Below, piece by piece: positions 55,231 through 64,000 of a stretch of 64,000 nt of DNA (its first letter is position 1; the number at the start of each line of letters is the position of its first letter). A program made the position numbers and the translations under genes. Origin of the DNA: Clostridia bacterium. GTDB lineage: Bacteria > Bacillota > Clostridia > Christensenellales > CAG-314. The notes beneath the pieces are model-generated. The model worked only from the letters and a program-made list of their open reading frames with translations. It searched no databases and was not told the origin of the DNA. The stretch is taken from positions 193,345 to 257,344 of the forward strand of contig JAVVRZ010000001.1 in the NCBI GenBank assembly GCA_036654455.1, written 5' to 3'.

Positions 55231-56520
55231 TTACAAAATGTATTTTTTAAGATTAAGACTTTTAGCCTCGCTAGAATAATAAGCCGTAACAAATTTTTTG
55301 TCAATTATTATTGTTTGAGATTTATTTTCTTCTTCGACTTCGTAAGAAATATCTTCGGTAATGTGTTCAAGAATACTTTGAAGTCGCCTTGCGCCTATAT
55401 CTTCAAAGGTATTGTTAAAGTCTACCGCAAAGTCGGCAATCGCCTCGATACCATCTTCGGTAAATTGTAGATTAATGTTATCGACCGAGAGTAATTTAGT
55501 GTATTGCGAGGTAATAGCATTTTCGGGTTCGGTTAAAATTTTAACAAAGTCGGCTTTGTTTAAGCTTGATAGCTCGACTAAAATAGGAAATCTACCTTGT
55601 AATTCGGGAATTAAATCCGAAACACTGCTAACGTGGAAAGCTCCGCTTGCAATAAATAAGATGTGGTCTGTACGAATATTGCCATATTTTGTGTTAACCG
55701 AACAGCCCTCGATTATGGGTAGAATATCTCTTTGCACGCCTTCACGAGAAACGTCAGGACCATTAGAACTGCCTTTGCCGGCAATTTTATCTAATTCGTC
55801 AATAAATATTAGCCCTTCGTTTTCGGCACGAGAGATTGCTTCTGCGTTGACCGAATCGCTGTCAATTAGTTTCTCTGCGTTATCGGCTATTAATATTCGC
55901 ATAGCTTCGCCAACGGTTAAGCGCCTTTTTTTAGTTTTATTTGGCATTAAATTGCCGAAAATACTGCCTAAATTTAGTTCGTTACCACTACCGGGAACAA
56001 GCTCGATTGATTGAGGTTTTTCGGTAATATTTATTTCGATTGGAAGGTGGTCAAGATGTCCCGAACTTACTTCGTCACGAATTGTAGTTTTATTAATATT
56101 TTCGGGGAAGTTCTTGTCGGCAAGGAGAATTTCACAAATTTTGGTTATCGCCATTTCTCGTGCTTTTTGTTCGACGTCTTTACAACGTTCGTCGTTTACT
56201 AAACGAATGGCTACTTCTACAAGGTCACGAACCATTGATTCTACATCTCTACCGACGTAACCTACTTCGGTATATTTAGTAGCTTCAACTTTTAGAAAAG
56301 GCGCTTTTACAAGTTTAGCGAGCCTACGAGCAATTTCGGTCTTGCCTACGCCGGTAGGACCTTTAAGAATTATATTTTTAGGCGTAATTTCTTCTCTATC
56401 TTTGGGCGAAAGTTGACTTCTACGATAACGGTTGCGTAGAGCAATCGCTACGGCTTTTTTTGCATTATCCTGCCCTATTATATATTTATCAAGTTCGGCA
56501 ACAATTTGTTTTGGCGTCAT
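55231..56520 (-). CDS. hslU: ATP-dependent protease ATPase subunit HslU
   Basis: 429 aa with the MTPKQIVAELDKYIIGQ N-terminus and Walker A GPTGVGKTEIARRLA. Confidence 0.9.
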   Translation of the reverse strand: MTPKQIVAELDKYIIGQDNAKKAVAIALRNRYRRSQLSPKDREEITPKNIILKGPTGVGKTEIARRLAKLVKAPFLKVEATKYTEVGYVGRDVESMVRDLVEVAIRLVNDERCKDVEQKAREMAITKICEILLADKNFPENINKTTIRDEVSSGHLDHLPIEINITEKPQSIELVPGSGNELNLGSIFGNLMPNKTKKRRLTVGEAMRILIADNAEKLIDSDSVNAEAISRAENEGLIFIDELDKIAGKGSSNGPDVSREGVQRDILPIIEGCSVNTKYGNIRTDHILFIASGAFHVSSVSDLIPELQGRFPILVELSSLNKADFVKILTEPENAITSQYTKLLSVDNINLQFTEDGIEAIADFAVDFNNTFEDIGARRLQSILEHITEDISYEVEEENKSQTIIIDKKFVTAYYSSEAKSLNLKKYIL

Positions 56521-56521
56521 T

Positions 56522-57070
56522 TTATAGTTCCTCCACAGTTATATTAGAATTTGTATAAACACAAATATCGCTTGCAATTTTAAGAGCTTGATACGCTATT
56601 TCTTTTGCCGAAAGTTCGGTAAAACCGTATAAAGCTCGTGCAGCCGAAAGAGCAAAATTTCCTCCGCTACCTATTGCGCAAATACCATTTTCGGGTTCGA
56701 TAACATCGCCTGCGCCCGATAAAATTAAAAAGTTTGTTTTGTCGGCTACAATCATCATTGCGTCAAGTTTACGAAGCATTTTATCAGTACGCCATAGTTG
56801 AGCAAGCTCAACTGCGCTACGCATAAGGTTGCCCGTATATTTTTGAAGCATAGCCTCAAATTTTTCAGTTAAAGTAAATGCGTCGGCAACAGAACCTGCA
56901 AAACCGACAGCTACCGACCCGTTATAAATACGACGAACTTTTACAGCGTTACCTTTGAGAATAACGTTTTCGCCTTGTGTGACTTGACCATCGCCGGCTA
57001 TTGCAATTCTGCCAAACCTAGATACTGCGCAAATTGTTGTGCCTCGTATAGTATCCGAATAAATTGTCAT
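56522..57070 (-). CDS. hslV: ATP-dependent protease subunit HslV
   Basis: 182 aa with the N-terminal GTTI motif (RGTTICAV) and a GDGQVT motif. Confidence 0.9.
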   Translation of the reverse strand: MTIYSDTIRGTTICAVSRFGRIAIAGDGQVTQGENVILKGNAVKVRRIYNGSVAVGFAGSVADAFTLTEKFEAMLQKYTGNLMRSAVELAQLWRTDKMLRKLDAMMIVADKTNFLILSGAGDVIEPENGICAIGSGGNFALSAARALYGFTELSAKEIAYQALKIASDICVYTNSNITVEEL

Positions 57071-58380
57071 AGTAAATCTCCTTTGATTGTTTGAGCAATC
57101 TTACTTATATTATTAATTGAACGCTCGGCATACGCCATTTTTTTAGCTTTTTTGTCCTTTATAATTTGGTCAAGAGGGCTAAGTATGCCAAAATTTGCAT
57201 TCATAGGTTGAAAATTAGAATTTTTATTACTTATATAATTAGATAATGCGCCTAAAATAGTAGAATTGTCAAGTGTTAAAAGAGGCAATTTTTTAATAAA
57301 TCGCGCGATATTTATACCGCAAAGGAGTCCGCTTGCGATTGATTCGCAGTAGCCTTCTACTCCGCTAATTTGTCCGGCAAAAAACAAATTTGGGTATTGT
57401 TTCGATTGAAAAAAGTTGTTAAGCAAATCGGGCGAATTGATAAAAATATTCTTGTGCATTACTCCGTAACGGACAAATTCGGCATTAGCAAGCGCCGGAA
57501 TTAATCCAAAAACACGCTTTTGTTCGCCAAATAGAAGATTGGTTTGACAACCTACTAAGTTATATAGGCTACCCTCGACATTCTCTTTGCGAAGTTGAAG
57601 TACGGCGTACGGACGTAAATTTTCGGCTGGGTTAAATAGCCCTACCGGCTTAAACATACCGTAACGAATAGTCTCTATGCCTCGACTTGCCATAACTTCA
57701 ATAGGCATACAGCCTTCAAAAACATTCTTTTCGTAGTCTTTAAGGGTTGCTCTTTGGGCGGAAATTAGCTCGTGCCAAAAAATTTCGAATTGTTGCTTAG
57801 TCAAAGGGCAATTAATATAATCTTTTTCGCCCCTATCATAACGGCTTGCGATAAAGTAATTAGACTTATCAAGGCTTTCGGCTGTGACTATTGGGGCGAC
57901 TGCGTCGTAAAAATGTAAAAACTCGCCCGAAAAGGCTTGTAGCGAGGGCAAAAGTTTTTGACTTGTTAGCGGACCTGTGGCGACTACTACAATTTCGTCG
58001 TTTGAAGGTAAAATACTATCTTCTTCCCTATTAATTATTTCAATATTGGGCATAGCTTGCAAACGGCTTGTAACTAACCGAGAAAATTCCTCTCGGTCTA
58101 CTGCAAGCGCCGACCCCGCAGGTACGGTTGTTTTGTCGGCAGAATTAATAAGCAAACTATCAAGCAAACGAAGTTCTTGCTTGATTAGTCCGCCCGCAGT
58201 AGAAATGTCGTTACTTTTAAGCGAATTAGAACAAACTAACTCGGCATAAGTATCTAATTTATGTACGGGAGAATGAGCGAGAGGCTTACTCTCAATTAAT
58301 GTCACCGCAATACCGCATTTAGCTATTTGATATGCGCATTCGCAACCGGCAAGCCCTGCGCCTATAATTTTAATTTTCAA
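57067..58380 (-). CDS. trmFO: methylenetetrahydrofolate--tRNA-(uracil-5-)-methyltransferase TrmFO
   Basis: 437 aa. FAD motif [10 protein letters not shown] and position topA-trmFO-hslVU as in Bacillus. Confidence 0.9.
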   Translation of the reverse strand: MKIKIIGAGLAGCECAYQIAKCGIAVTLIESKPLAHSPVHKLDTYAELVCSNSLKSNDISTAGGLIKQELRLLDSLLINSADKTTVPAGSALAVDREEFSRLVTSRLQAMPNIEIINREEDSILPSNDEIVVVATGPLTSQKLLPSLQAFSGEFLHFYDAVAPIVTAESLDKSNYFIASRYDRGEKDYINCPLTKQQFEIFWHELISAQRATLKDYEKNVFEGCMPIEVMASRGIETIRYGMFKPVGLFNPAENLRPYAVLQLRKENVEGSLYNLVGCQTNLLFGEQKRVFGLIPALANAEFVRYGVMHKNIFINSPDLLNNFFQSKQYPNLFFAGQISGVEGYCESIASGLLCGINIARFIKKLPLLTLDNSTILGALSNYISNKNSNFQPMNANFGILSPLDQIIKDKKAKKMAYAERSINNISKIAQTIKGDLL

Positions 58381-58448
58381 CTGTTGTCCTCTATTCTGTT
58401 GATATGATTTTAATAGTTAAATTTTTACTATTTAAATAATTGAGTATA

Positions 58449-60650
58449 CTATTCTTCTATTTTCTTTTTATAATCGCATTCTTTGTTGGGACAAGAATAG
58501 AATTTACCCTTTTGAAGTTCTTTTATAACAAGGTTGGTTTGACAATTTGGACATTTGATGTCTGTTGGCATATCCCAACTAACATAGTCGCAGGTAGGGT
58601 AAGCCGAACAACCGTAAAACGCCTTAGATTTGCCTAAGCGCTTAATAATGTTGTTGCCACACTTAGGACATTTTGCAATATATTCCTGCAAAGAAATAGT
58701 GTTTTTACACTTTGGATACGCCGAACAAGCAAGAAATTTGCCCATTCTTCCCTCACGAATTAGCATTGGAGCGCCACATTTATCGCAAACTTTATCGCTA
58801 ACTTCGGGTGGCTTTTTATTTAAATTTTTAAGTGATTTGTTCGCTCCGCAAGTTTCGCAATGGTAATATCTGCCAAAACGCCCAACTTTTATCGCCATAG
58901 TATTTTTACCGCCACAGCTTTCGCAGTCGATAAATTCTTGTTCGCCTTCAATCGGCGCAATATCGCTTGTTGAAGCCTTGCTTATCATTTGAGCAAGCGG
59001 TTTGTAGTATTCCCCTACTATTTCTTGCCACGAAACCGTAGCGTCTTCTTCGATAGTATCGAGTTTATCTTCCATTTGAGCCGTAAATTTAATGTTAATT
59101 ATATCGGCGAAGTTTTTCTCTAAATATTCGATAACAGTAATGCCTAGCGAAGTGGGAATTAGCGATTTAGTGTCTTTATCTAAGTATTTTCTTGCAAAAA
59201 GAGTAGATAAAGTGCTTGTATAAGTGCTGGGTCTGCCTATTCCGTTATCTTCCATTGTCTTGATTATACTAGCTTCGGTATAGCGTGGCAAAGGTTTAGT
59301 AAATTTTTGCTCGTGTTGAAGTTCAACCAGTTTAAGAACTTCGCCCTCGCTCAAATTAGGTAAGGTAGCGTCGTCGTCTTCTTCGCTCTTAGAATAATTG
59401 TAAAGCTTGGTATAACCATCAAAGATTACAGTTTTGCCACTTGCCTTAAAACCATAACCGTTGCAATCAATTACAACTGAAAGACTGTCGTAACTAGCTT
59501 TGCTAGCGCAACTTGCCAAAAATCTATCGTAAATTAATTTGTAAAGTTGATATTGGTCTTTGGTCATTTTGTTTTTAACTAGCTCGGGTGTAACTTCGGG
59601 ATTTATTGGTCTTATAGCTTCGTGAGCGTCTTGGGCTGACTTTTTCGAAGAATAAAAGTTTGGCTTTTCGGGAATATAATCTTTGCCATAGGTCAAGGCA
59701 ATATATTCTCGGGCTTGATTAGTCGCATCGGCAGAAACTCTAACCGAGTCGGTACGAATATAGGTAACGTAGGCGGTATGCTCGCCGTTGACGTCAATAC
59801 CTTCATAAAGTTGTTGAGCGGTTTGCATACATTTCTTGCTACTCATTTTTAATTTATTGACTGCGTCTTGTTGCATTGAGCTAGTGGTAAAAGGCGCAAA
59901 AGGCGAAGAAGTTGTTATAGAACGCTTAACCGACTGTGTAACAAAGGGTTTGCCCGACATCTGGCTTAGAGCTTGTTGGCACTCAATACTACTAGCAATT
60001 CTAAGTTTCTGTTGGTTGTAGGTGGTAAGGAGAGCCTTAAAAGTGGTCTTTTGATTTAATTTTTGTAGATTAGCCGAAACCGTCCAAAATTCTTCGGGTA
60101 TAAACGAATTAATTTCTCGTTCCCTATCTACTACGATTTTTAAAGTTGCCGATTGAACTCTGCCGGCTGAAAGTTTAGGTTGTATCTTTTTACATAGTAC
60201 GGGCGAAAGTTTATAGCCTACAAGTCTATCAAGCACTCGCCTTGCTTGTTGAGCGTTAACTAAATTTATGTTGACAAAGTCAGGATTTTTAATTGAATTT
60301 TCTACGGCTTTTTTGCTAATTTCATTAAATGTAATGCGGTTTTTTAACTTAGGCGAAAGTTTTAGCACGTGTTGAAGGTGCCAGGAAATAGCCTCGCCTT
60401 CTCGGTCCGGGTCAGTTGCAAGCAAGACTTCATCGCATTTTTTTGCTTTGCTAACTAGCCTAGCTATGACTTCTTTTTTGTCGGGATATACTTCATAAAT
60501 TGGCTCAAAATTGTTTGCAATATCTACCGCAAGTTTTTTTTCGGGCAAATCTCTTATGTGACCTCCCGATGCGTCTACTATATAATCGTTTGATAAATAT
60601 TTAGCTACTGTTTTTGCCTTTGACGGCGATTCAACTATTACTAATTTCAC
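58449..60650 (-). CDS. topA: DNA topoisomerase I
   Basis: 733 aa. Toprim N-terminus LVIVESPSKAKT and four C-terminal CxxC...CxxC zinc ribbons. Confidence 0.95.
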   Translation of the reverse strand: MKLVIVESPSKAKTVAKYLSNDYIVDASGGHIRDLPEKKLAVDIANNFEPIYEVYPDKKEVIARLVSKAKKCDEVLLATDPDREGEAISWHLQHVLKLSPKLKNRITFNEISKKAVENSIKNPDFVNINLVNAQQARRVLDRLVGYKLSPVLCKKIQPKLSAGRVQSATLKIVVDREREINSFIPEEFWTVSANLQKLNQKTTFKALLTTYNQQKLRIASSIECQQALSQMSGKPFVTQSVKRSITTSSPFAPFTTSSMQQDAVNKLKMSSKKCMQTAQQLYEGIDVNGEHTAYVTYIRTDSVRVSADATNQAREYIALTYGKDYIPEKPNFYSSKKSAQDAHEAIRPINPEVTPELVKNKMTKDQYQLYKLIYDRFLASCASKASYDSLSVVIDCNGYGFKASGKTVIFDGYTKLYNYSKSEEDDDATLPNLSEGEVLKLVELQHEQKFTKPLPRYTEASIIKTMEDNGIGRPSTYTSTLSTLFARKYLDKDTKSLIPTSLGITVIEYLEKNFADIINIKFTAQMEDKLDTIEEDATVSWQEIVGEYYKPLAQMISKASTSDIAPIEGEQEFIDCESCGGKNTMAIKVGRFGRYYHCETCGANKSLKNLNKKPPEVSDKVCDKCGAPMLIREGRMGKFLACSAYPKCKNTISLQEYIAKCPKCGNNIIKRLGKSKAFYGCSAYPTCDYVSWDMPTDIKCPNCQTNLVIKELQKGKFYSCPNKECDYKKKIEE

Positions 60651-60652
60651 TA

Positions 60653-61744
60653 TTATTCCTCCGTATTAAGATATTGATAAAAGTTCCCGACGAGCTTGCA
60701 AATTATACCTTTAAGTTCTAGGTTTGCAAGAATAAAATTTAATGTAGAACTTTTTAACTTGGTTCTATTGACAATATCATCAAAGTGTAACTTACCTTGT
60801 ATCAATTCGTCAACTACTATTTGCTCCTCCATATTTAATTGTATAGGCGGTTTTGGAATTGCAACTGATAAGTCGCAATTAAGTATGTCTTGCGGACTAA
60901 GCGTCATAGCGCCTTGCAAAGATTTAAGAATTTGATTACTTCCCTTAAAATTAGTGTCAAATATATCTCCCGGAACAACATAAATATCTTTGCCTTGTTC
61001 AAGCGCATATTCGTAAGTCGACATAACGCCACTTTTTAACGGAGCTTCTACTATTAAAATGCCTTTGCTTAGCCCTGAGATTAAACGGTTACGCATTGGA
61101 AAATTATATTGATTTGGCGAGTCGTAAGCTTGATATTCGCTTATAAGTAGTCCGCCGTTATCAACAATAGACTGCGAAAGAGCTTGATTTTCAACAGGAT
61201 AAACATTTAGTAATCCGCTACCTAATACTGCGACAGTTTTTCCTAAACAATTTAAAGTGGTTTGGTGAGCTACCGTATCAATTCCGTATGCAAGACCGCT
61301 AACTATTGTATAACGTTTAGCGAGTTCGGCAACATATATGCTTGCGACTTTTTTGCCATAGAGCGAAGCTTTTCTTGTGCCAACAACTGCAAAACAAGCA
61401 GAATTAAGTAAGTCTAAATTTCCTTTACAATAAATAGCTAGTGGCGGGTCGGGCATTTGTTTAAATAATTTAGGATAGTTTGAACAATAATAAGTAACTG
61501 GAATAATGCCCTTAGAAAGTAAATCTAGATATAGGCTATCACAAAATGCCTCATTTGCCGAATATTTAAGTCTAACATAGGCGGTTTGTCCTATTAAATC
61601 GATTATTTCTTGCGAGTGTGACTCAATATTCATAAAAAGTTCTTCTGCGCCCCCAAACAAATTAAGTAATTGGTAACGTTTCAAAGGAGTGCCAAAACCT
61701 AATGTTGACAGAAGAAGGCAAACTTTTTGCTTTATTTTAAACAT
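60653..61744 (-). CDS. dprA: DNA processing protein DprA/Smf
   Basis: 363 aa. Rossmann-like core VVGTRKAS...SGLAYGIDT and a C-terminal wHTH. Confidence 0.85.
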   Translation of the reverse strand: MFKIKQKVCLLLSTLGFGTPLKRYQLLNLFGGAEELFMNIESHSQEIIDLIGQTAYVRLKYSANEAFCDSLYLDLLSKGIIPVTYYCSNYPKLFKQMPDPPLAIYCKGNLDLLNSACFAVVGTRKASLYGKKVASIYVAELAKRYTIVSGLAYGIDTVAHQTTLNCLGKTVAVLGSGLLNVYPVENQALSQSIVDNGGLLISEYQAYDSPNQYNFPMRNRLISGLSKGILIVEAPLKSGVMSTYEYALEQGKDIYVVPGDIFDTNFKGSNQILKSLQGAMTLSPQDILNCDLSVAIPKPPIQLNMEEQIVVDELIQGKLHFDDIVNRTKLKSSTLNFILANLELKGIICKLVGNFYQYLNTEE

Positions 61745-61750
61745 TTTTGT

Positions 61751-63277
61751 TTACATTACCCCAAATTTACGGTCAAGCGACCTATATTGTATGGCTTCGG
61801 CAATATGAGAAGGTAAAATATCGTTGGAATTATCAAGGTCAGCGATTGTTCGAGCCACTTTTAAAATACGATTATACGCTCTTGCCGACAATTTAAGCCT
61901 TTCAAAAGCTTGTCTAAGTAAATTATCGCTTTCTTGGTCAAGCTTACAATACTTTTTAATTTCTGCCGAAGTAAGTTGAGCGTTACAATGGTGAGTAGAA
62001 TTAATAAATCTTGTCGCTTGTATTTTACGCGCCGAATTTACCCTTAATTTTACGCTTGAAGAAGATTCTTCTTCGTTTTGGCTTACAAGTTGAGAGTATT
62101 CGATGTTGTCAACTTCAATATGTATATCAATACGGTCAAGCAAGGGCGCAGAAAGTTTACGCATATATTTAACAATTTGCGAAGCGGTGCAAGTGCAAAC
62201 TTGATTTGCGCTACCAAAATTACCGCAAGGACAAGGGTTCATACTGGCTATTAAAATAAAGTTAGACGGATATGTAATAGTTCCTTGCGCTCGGGAAATA
62301 GTAATAACGCCGTCTTCTAAGGGTTGACGCAATGTTTCTAGACTTTGTCTAGTATATTCAGGCAATTCGTCAAGAAAAAGCACGCCATAATGCGCTAAGG
62401 ATATTTCGCCGGGTTTAATTTTTGCCCCTCCGCCAACAAGGGCGACGGTAGTAGCGGTATGGTGAGGCGAACGGAAAGGACGAACTCTAATCATTCCGTC
62501 GTCGAGTAGTCCTGCGACGCTATAAATTTTAGCAATCTCTAAGGCTTCGTCAAAAGTCAAATCGGGCATAATTGAAGGAACTGCCCTAGCTAACATAGTT
62601 TTGCCTGCGCCGGGAGGGCCTATCAACAAAATATTATGTCCCCCGCTTACGGCAATTTCCATAGCTCGTTTTGCCGAATATTGACCTTTAATGTATTTAA
62701 TGTCGTTGTCGTAAGTTATTGAAGTGTCGTTCTTCCAACCGTCAGTTTCAATAGGCGTAAGCTCGGTTTGATTAGTTAAAAATTCTATGGTTTCTCTAAG
62801 ACTATCTACCGCAAAGACCTTTAAACCTTGCGTAAAACTTGCTTCTTTGCTGTTTTCTTTGGGAACAATAACATTTTTATACCCTAATTGTTTTGCCGAA
62901 ATTAACATTGGAAGTATGCCGTTTACGTGTTTAACGTCGCCGTTTAAAGATAATTCGCCTAAAATAATGTATTCGTTAATTTTGTCGCAAACTATGGTTG
63001 AACAAGATTGTAAAATTCCAAGCGCTATTGGAAGGTCATACATACTACCTTCTTTTTTGATATCGGCAGGGGCAAGGTTGACTATAACCGAAGCTATTGG
63101 ATATTTATAACCGCTATTTTTTATAGCCGAACGAACACGCTCTTTTGACTCTTTAACCGCAGTGTCTGCAAGACCAACAATATCCACCCCGGGAAGACCG
63201 GTTTGAATATCAACTTCGATAGTTAAAGGTATGCCTTCTAGTCCGTTTAGAGCAAAACTGTAAACTCTGCTAAGCAT
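61751..63277 (-). CDS. comM: YifB/ComM family Mg-chelatase-like AAA+ ATPase
   Basis: 508 aa. Lon-like N-terminal domain, Walker A GPPGAGKTMLA and a CPCG zinc motif. Confidence 0.85.
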   Translation of the reverse strand: MLSRVYSFALNGLEGIPLTIEVDIQTGLPGVDIVGLADTAVKESKERVRSAIKNSGYKYPIASVIVNLAPADIKKEGSMYDLPIALGILQSCSTIVCDKINEYIILGELSLNGDVKHVNGILPMLISAKQLGYKNVIVPKENSKEASFTQGLKVFAVDSLRETIEFLTNQTELTPIETDGWKNDTSITYDNDIKYIKGQYSAKRAMEIAVSGGHNILLIGPPGAGKTMLARAVPSIMPDLTFDEALEIAKIYSVAGLLDDGMIRVRPFRSPHHTATTVALVGGGAKIKPGEISLAHYGVLFLDELPEYTRQSLETLRQPLEDGVITISRAQGTITYPSNFILIASMNPCPCGNFGSANQVCTCTASQIVKYMRKLSAPLLDRIDIHIEVDNIEYSQLVSQNEEESSSSVKLRVNSARKIQATRFINSTHHCNAQLTSAEIKKYCKLDQESDNLLRQAFERLKLSARAYNRILKVARTIADLDNSNDILPSHIAEAIQYRSLDRKFGVM

Positions 63278-63309
63278 AATTTAATTCTCCTAGTAGAAAA
63301 TATGTTTTT

Positions 63310-63338
63310 AGTATAGAGTGAATAATAAATAATTACAA
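63310..63338 (-). promoter_or_regulatory. possible sigma-A promoter of the comM-dprA-topA unit
   Basis: Minus strand: TTGTAA (63338-63333), 17-nt spacer, TATACT (63315-63310). Confidence 0.4.
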
Positions 63339-63387
63339 GCCTTTTTGACTTATTTATACAAAAACGCCATAATTATGTATTTAATAT

Positions 63388-63414
63388 ACAAAAAGGCAAC
63401 ACGTAAGTGTTGCC
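63388..63414 (-). terminator. rho-independent terminator after rplS
   Basis: Minus strand: GGCAACAC-uuac-GUGUUGCC followed by UUUUUGUAU. Confidence 0.75.
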
Positions 63415-63431
63415 AAAAAGAAAATTCGCTA

Positions 63432-63773
63432 TTAAACTTTTTCCTTAATCTTTGCAGCTTTGCCCGTCCTATCACGTAGATAGTAAAGTTTTGCTCTCCT
63501 AACCGAACCTTTGCGTAAAATCTCGACTCTTTCAATCTTGGGGCTGTGTAGTGGGAAAGTCCTCTCTACGCCGATACCCGAAGAAATTCTTCTTACTGTG
63601 AAACTTTCTCTTAGTCCGCCGTGTTTGCGAGCGATAACAATGCCTTCATAGGCTTGTAGCCTTTCTTTGTTACCTTCAATAACTTTAAAGAACACTCTAA
63701 CTGTGTCGCTGACGTTAAATTGAGGAACATTTGGATTAAGACTATCTTTTTCGATTGCTGTGATAATGTCCAT
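63432..63773 (-). CDS. rplS: 50S ribosomal protein L19
   Basis: 113 aa. Contains [11 protein letters not shown]...[16 protein letters not shown], the classic L19 pattern. Confidence 0.95.
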   Translation of the reverse strand: MDIITAIEKDSLNPNVPQFNVSDTVRVFFKVIEGNKERLQAYEGIVIARKHGGLRESFTVRRISSGIGVERTFPLHSPKIERVEILRKGSVRRAKLYYLRDRTGKAAKIKEKV

Positions 63774-63890
63774 AATTCTTACTTTTTCTCCTTATTAAAT
63801 TTAAGTTTACTAAGTGTTCATTCACATATAGATGTCAGCGGAACACCCGAAGTACCTAGTTATACTAGCACAATTTGCCTAACTTGGCAA
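63774..63890 (-). promoter_or_regulatory. rplS promoter plus a structured 5' leader of about 82 nt (possible L19 autoregulatory leader)
   Basis: Minus strand: TTGCCA (63890-63885), 17-nt spacer, TAGTAT (63867-63862) preceded by TGTGc. The leader contains the extended hairpin GUGUUC-cgcug-ACAU-cuau-AUGU-gaau-GAACAC ahead of SD AAGGAGA. Confidence 0.4.
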
Positions 63891-64000
63891 ATGTTTTAAG
63901 TCAATTTTTAGCTTATTTTATAAGCATTATTAACTATAATCTTAGCTTTTAAGTAGATTATCTTGTAAAAGCCGAGATAATATGATTAATTTGTTTATCA

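Noticed and set aside
55412-56014. A 200-aa plus-strand ORF, plus many other plus-strand ORFs (for example 34357-34803, 35011-35397, 18481-18885, 6379-6765).
   Set aside because: All lie antisense to well-supported minus-strand genes (hslU, infB, oapA-like, ytfI-like). Their products are low-complexity, and they have no SD. They are shadow ORFs typical of biased codon usage.
63350-63535. Track ORF of 61 aa (minus strand) overlapping the rplS 3' end and its terminator.
   Set aside because: It is out of frame with rplS and spans the terminator hairpin. It has no SD and a low-complexity product.

Overview
AT-rich chromosomal segment from an endospore-forming Firmicute (Clostridia-like gene order). 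I call 73 protein-coding genes and every one is on the minus strand, packed into long housekeeping and sporulation operons. Read in the transcription direction (high to low coordinates): rplS; comM/yifB-dprA-topA-trmFO-hslVU-aspS; rseC-like-trxA-glyA; rrf2-nifS-nifU; ruvX-DUF1292; rpsB-tsf-pyrH-frr-uppS-cdsA-dxr-rseP-ispG; a PolC-like fragment; rimP-nusA-ylxR-infB-rbfA-nrnA-truB-ribF; nfo-like-pepP-efp; spoIIIAA-AH; asp23-nusB-xseAB-ispA; a large ncRNA; a membrane protein; dxs-nadK-argR-recN; spoIVB; spoIIM-like-deoB-dacF-like; M50-scpAB-ytfIJ-dacB-rluB-surE; flavoprotein-aroH-cmk-plsC-ispH. No rRNA, tRNA, CRISPR array or mobile element is visible. The main finding is a promoter-driven, highly structured non-coding RNA of about 585 nt at 19160-19746 (minus strand). 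It lies between ispA and a 4-TM membrane protein that is translationally coupled to dxs. This is the locus architecture described for OLE (ornate, large, extremophilic) RNA and its partner OapA, and an ORF-based pass would miss it. Secondary findings: (1) a 507-aa PolC N-terminal/OB/pseudo-exonuclease protein in the canonical polC slot with no polymerase or PHP domain; (2) a DUF1292 protein with a C-terminal tail carrying 13 cysteines, encoded by 18-nt tandem repeats; (3) a weak terminator-like hairpin in the rimP-nusA leader; (4) Rrf2-type operator-like inverted repeats at the isc promoter; (5) an unannotated 44-aa ORF with a strong SD and its own terminator; (6) several candidate ribosomal-protein leaders. 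All RNA and family assignments come from reading the sequence and from recalled family motifs. No searches were run.
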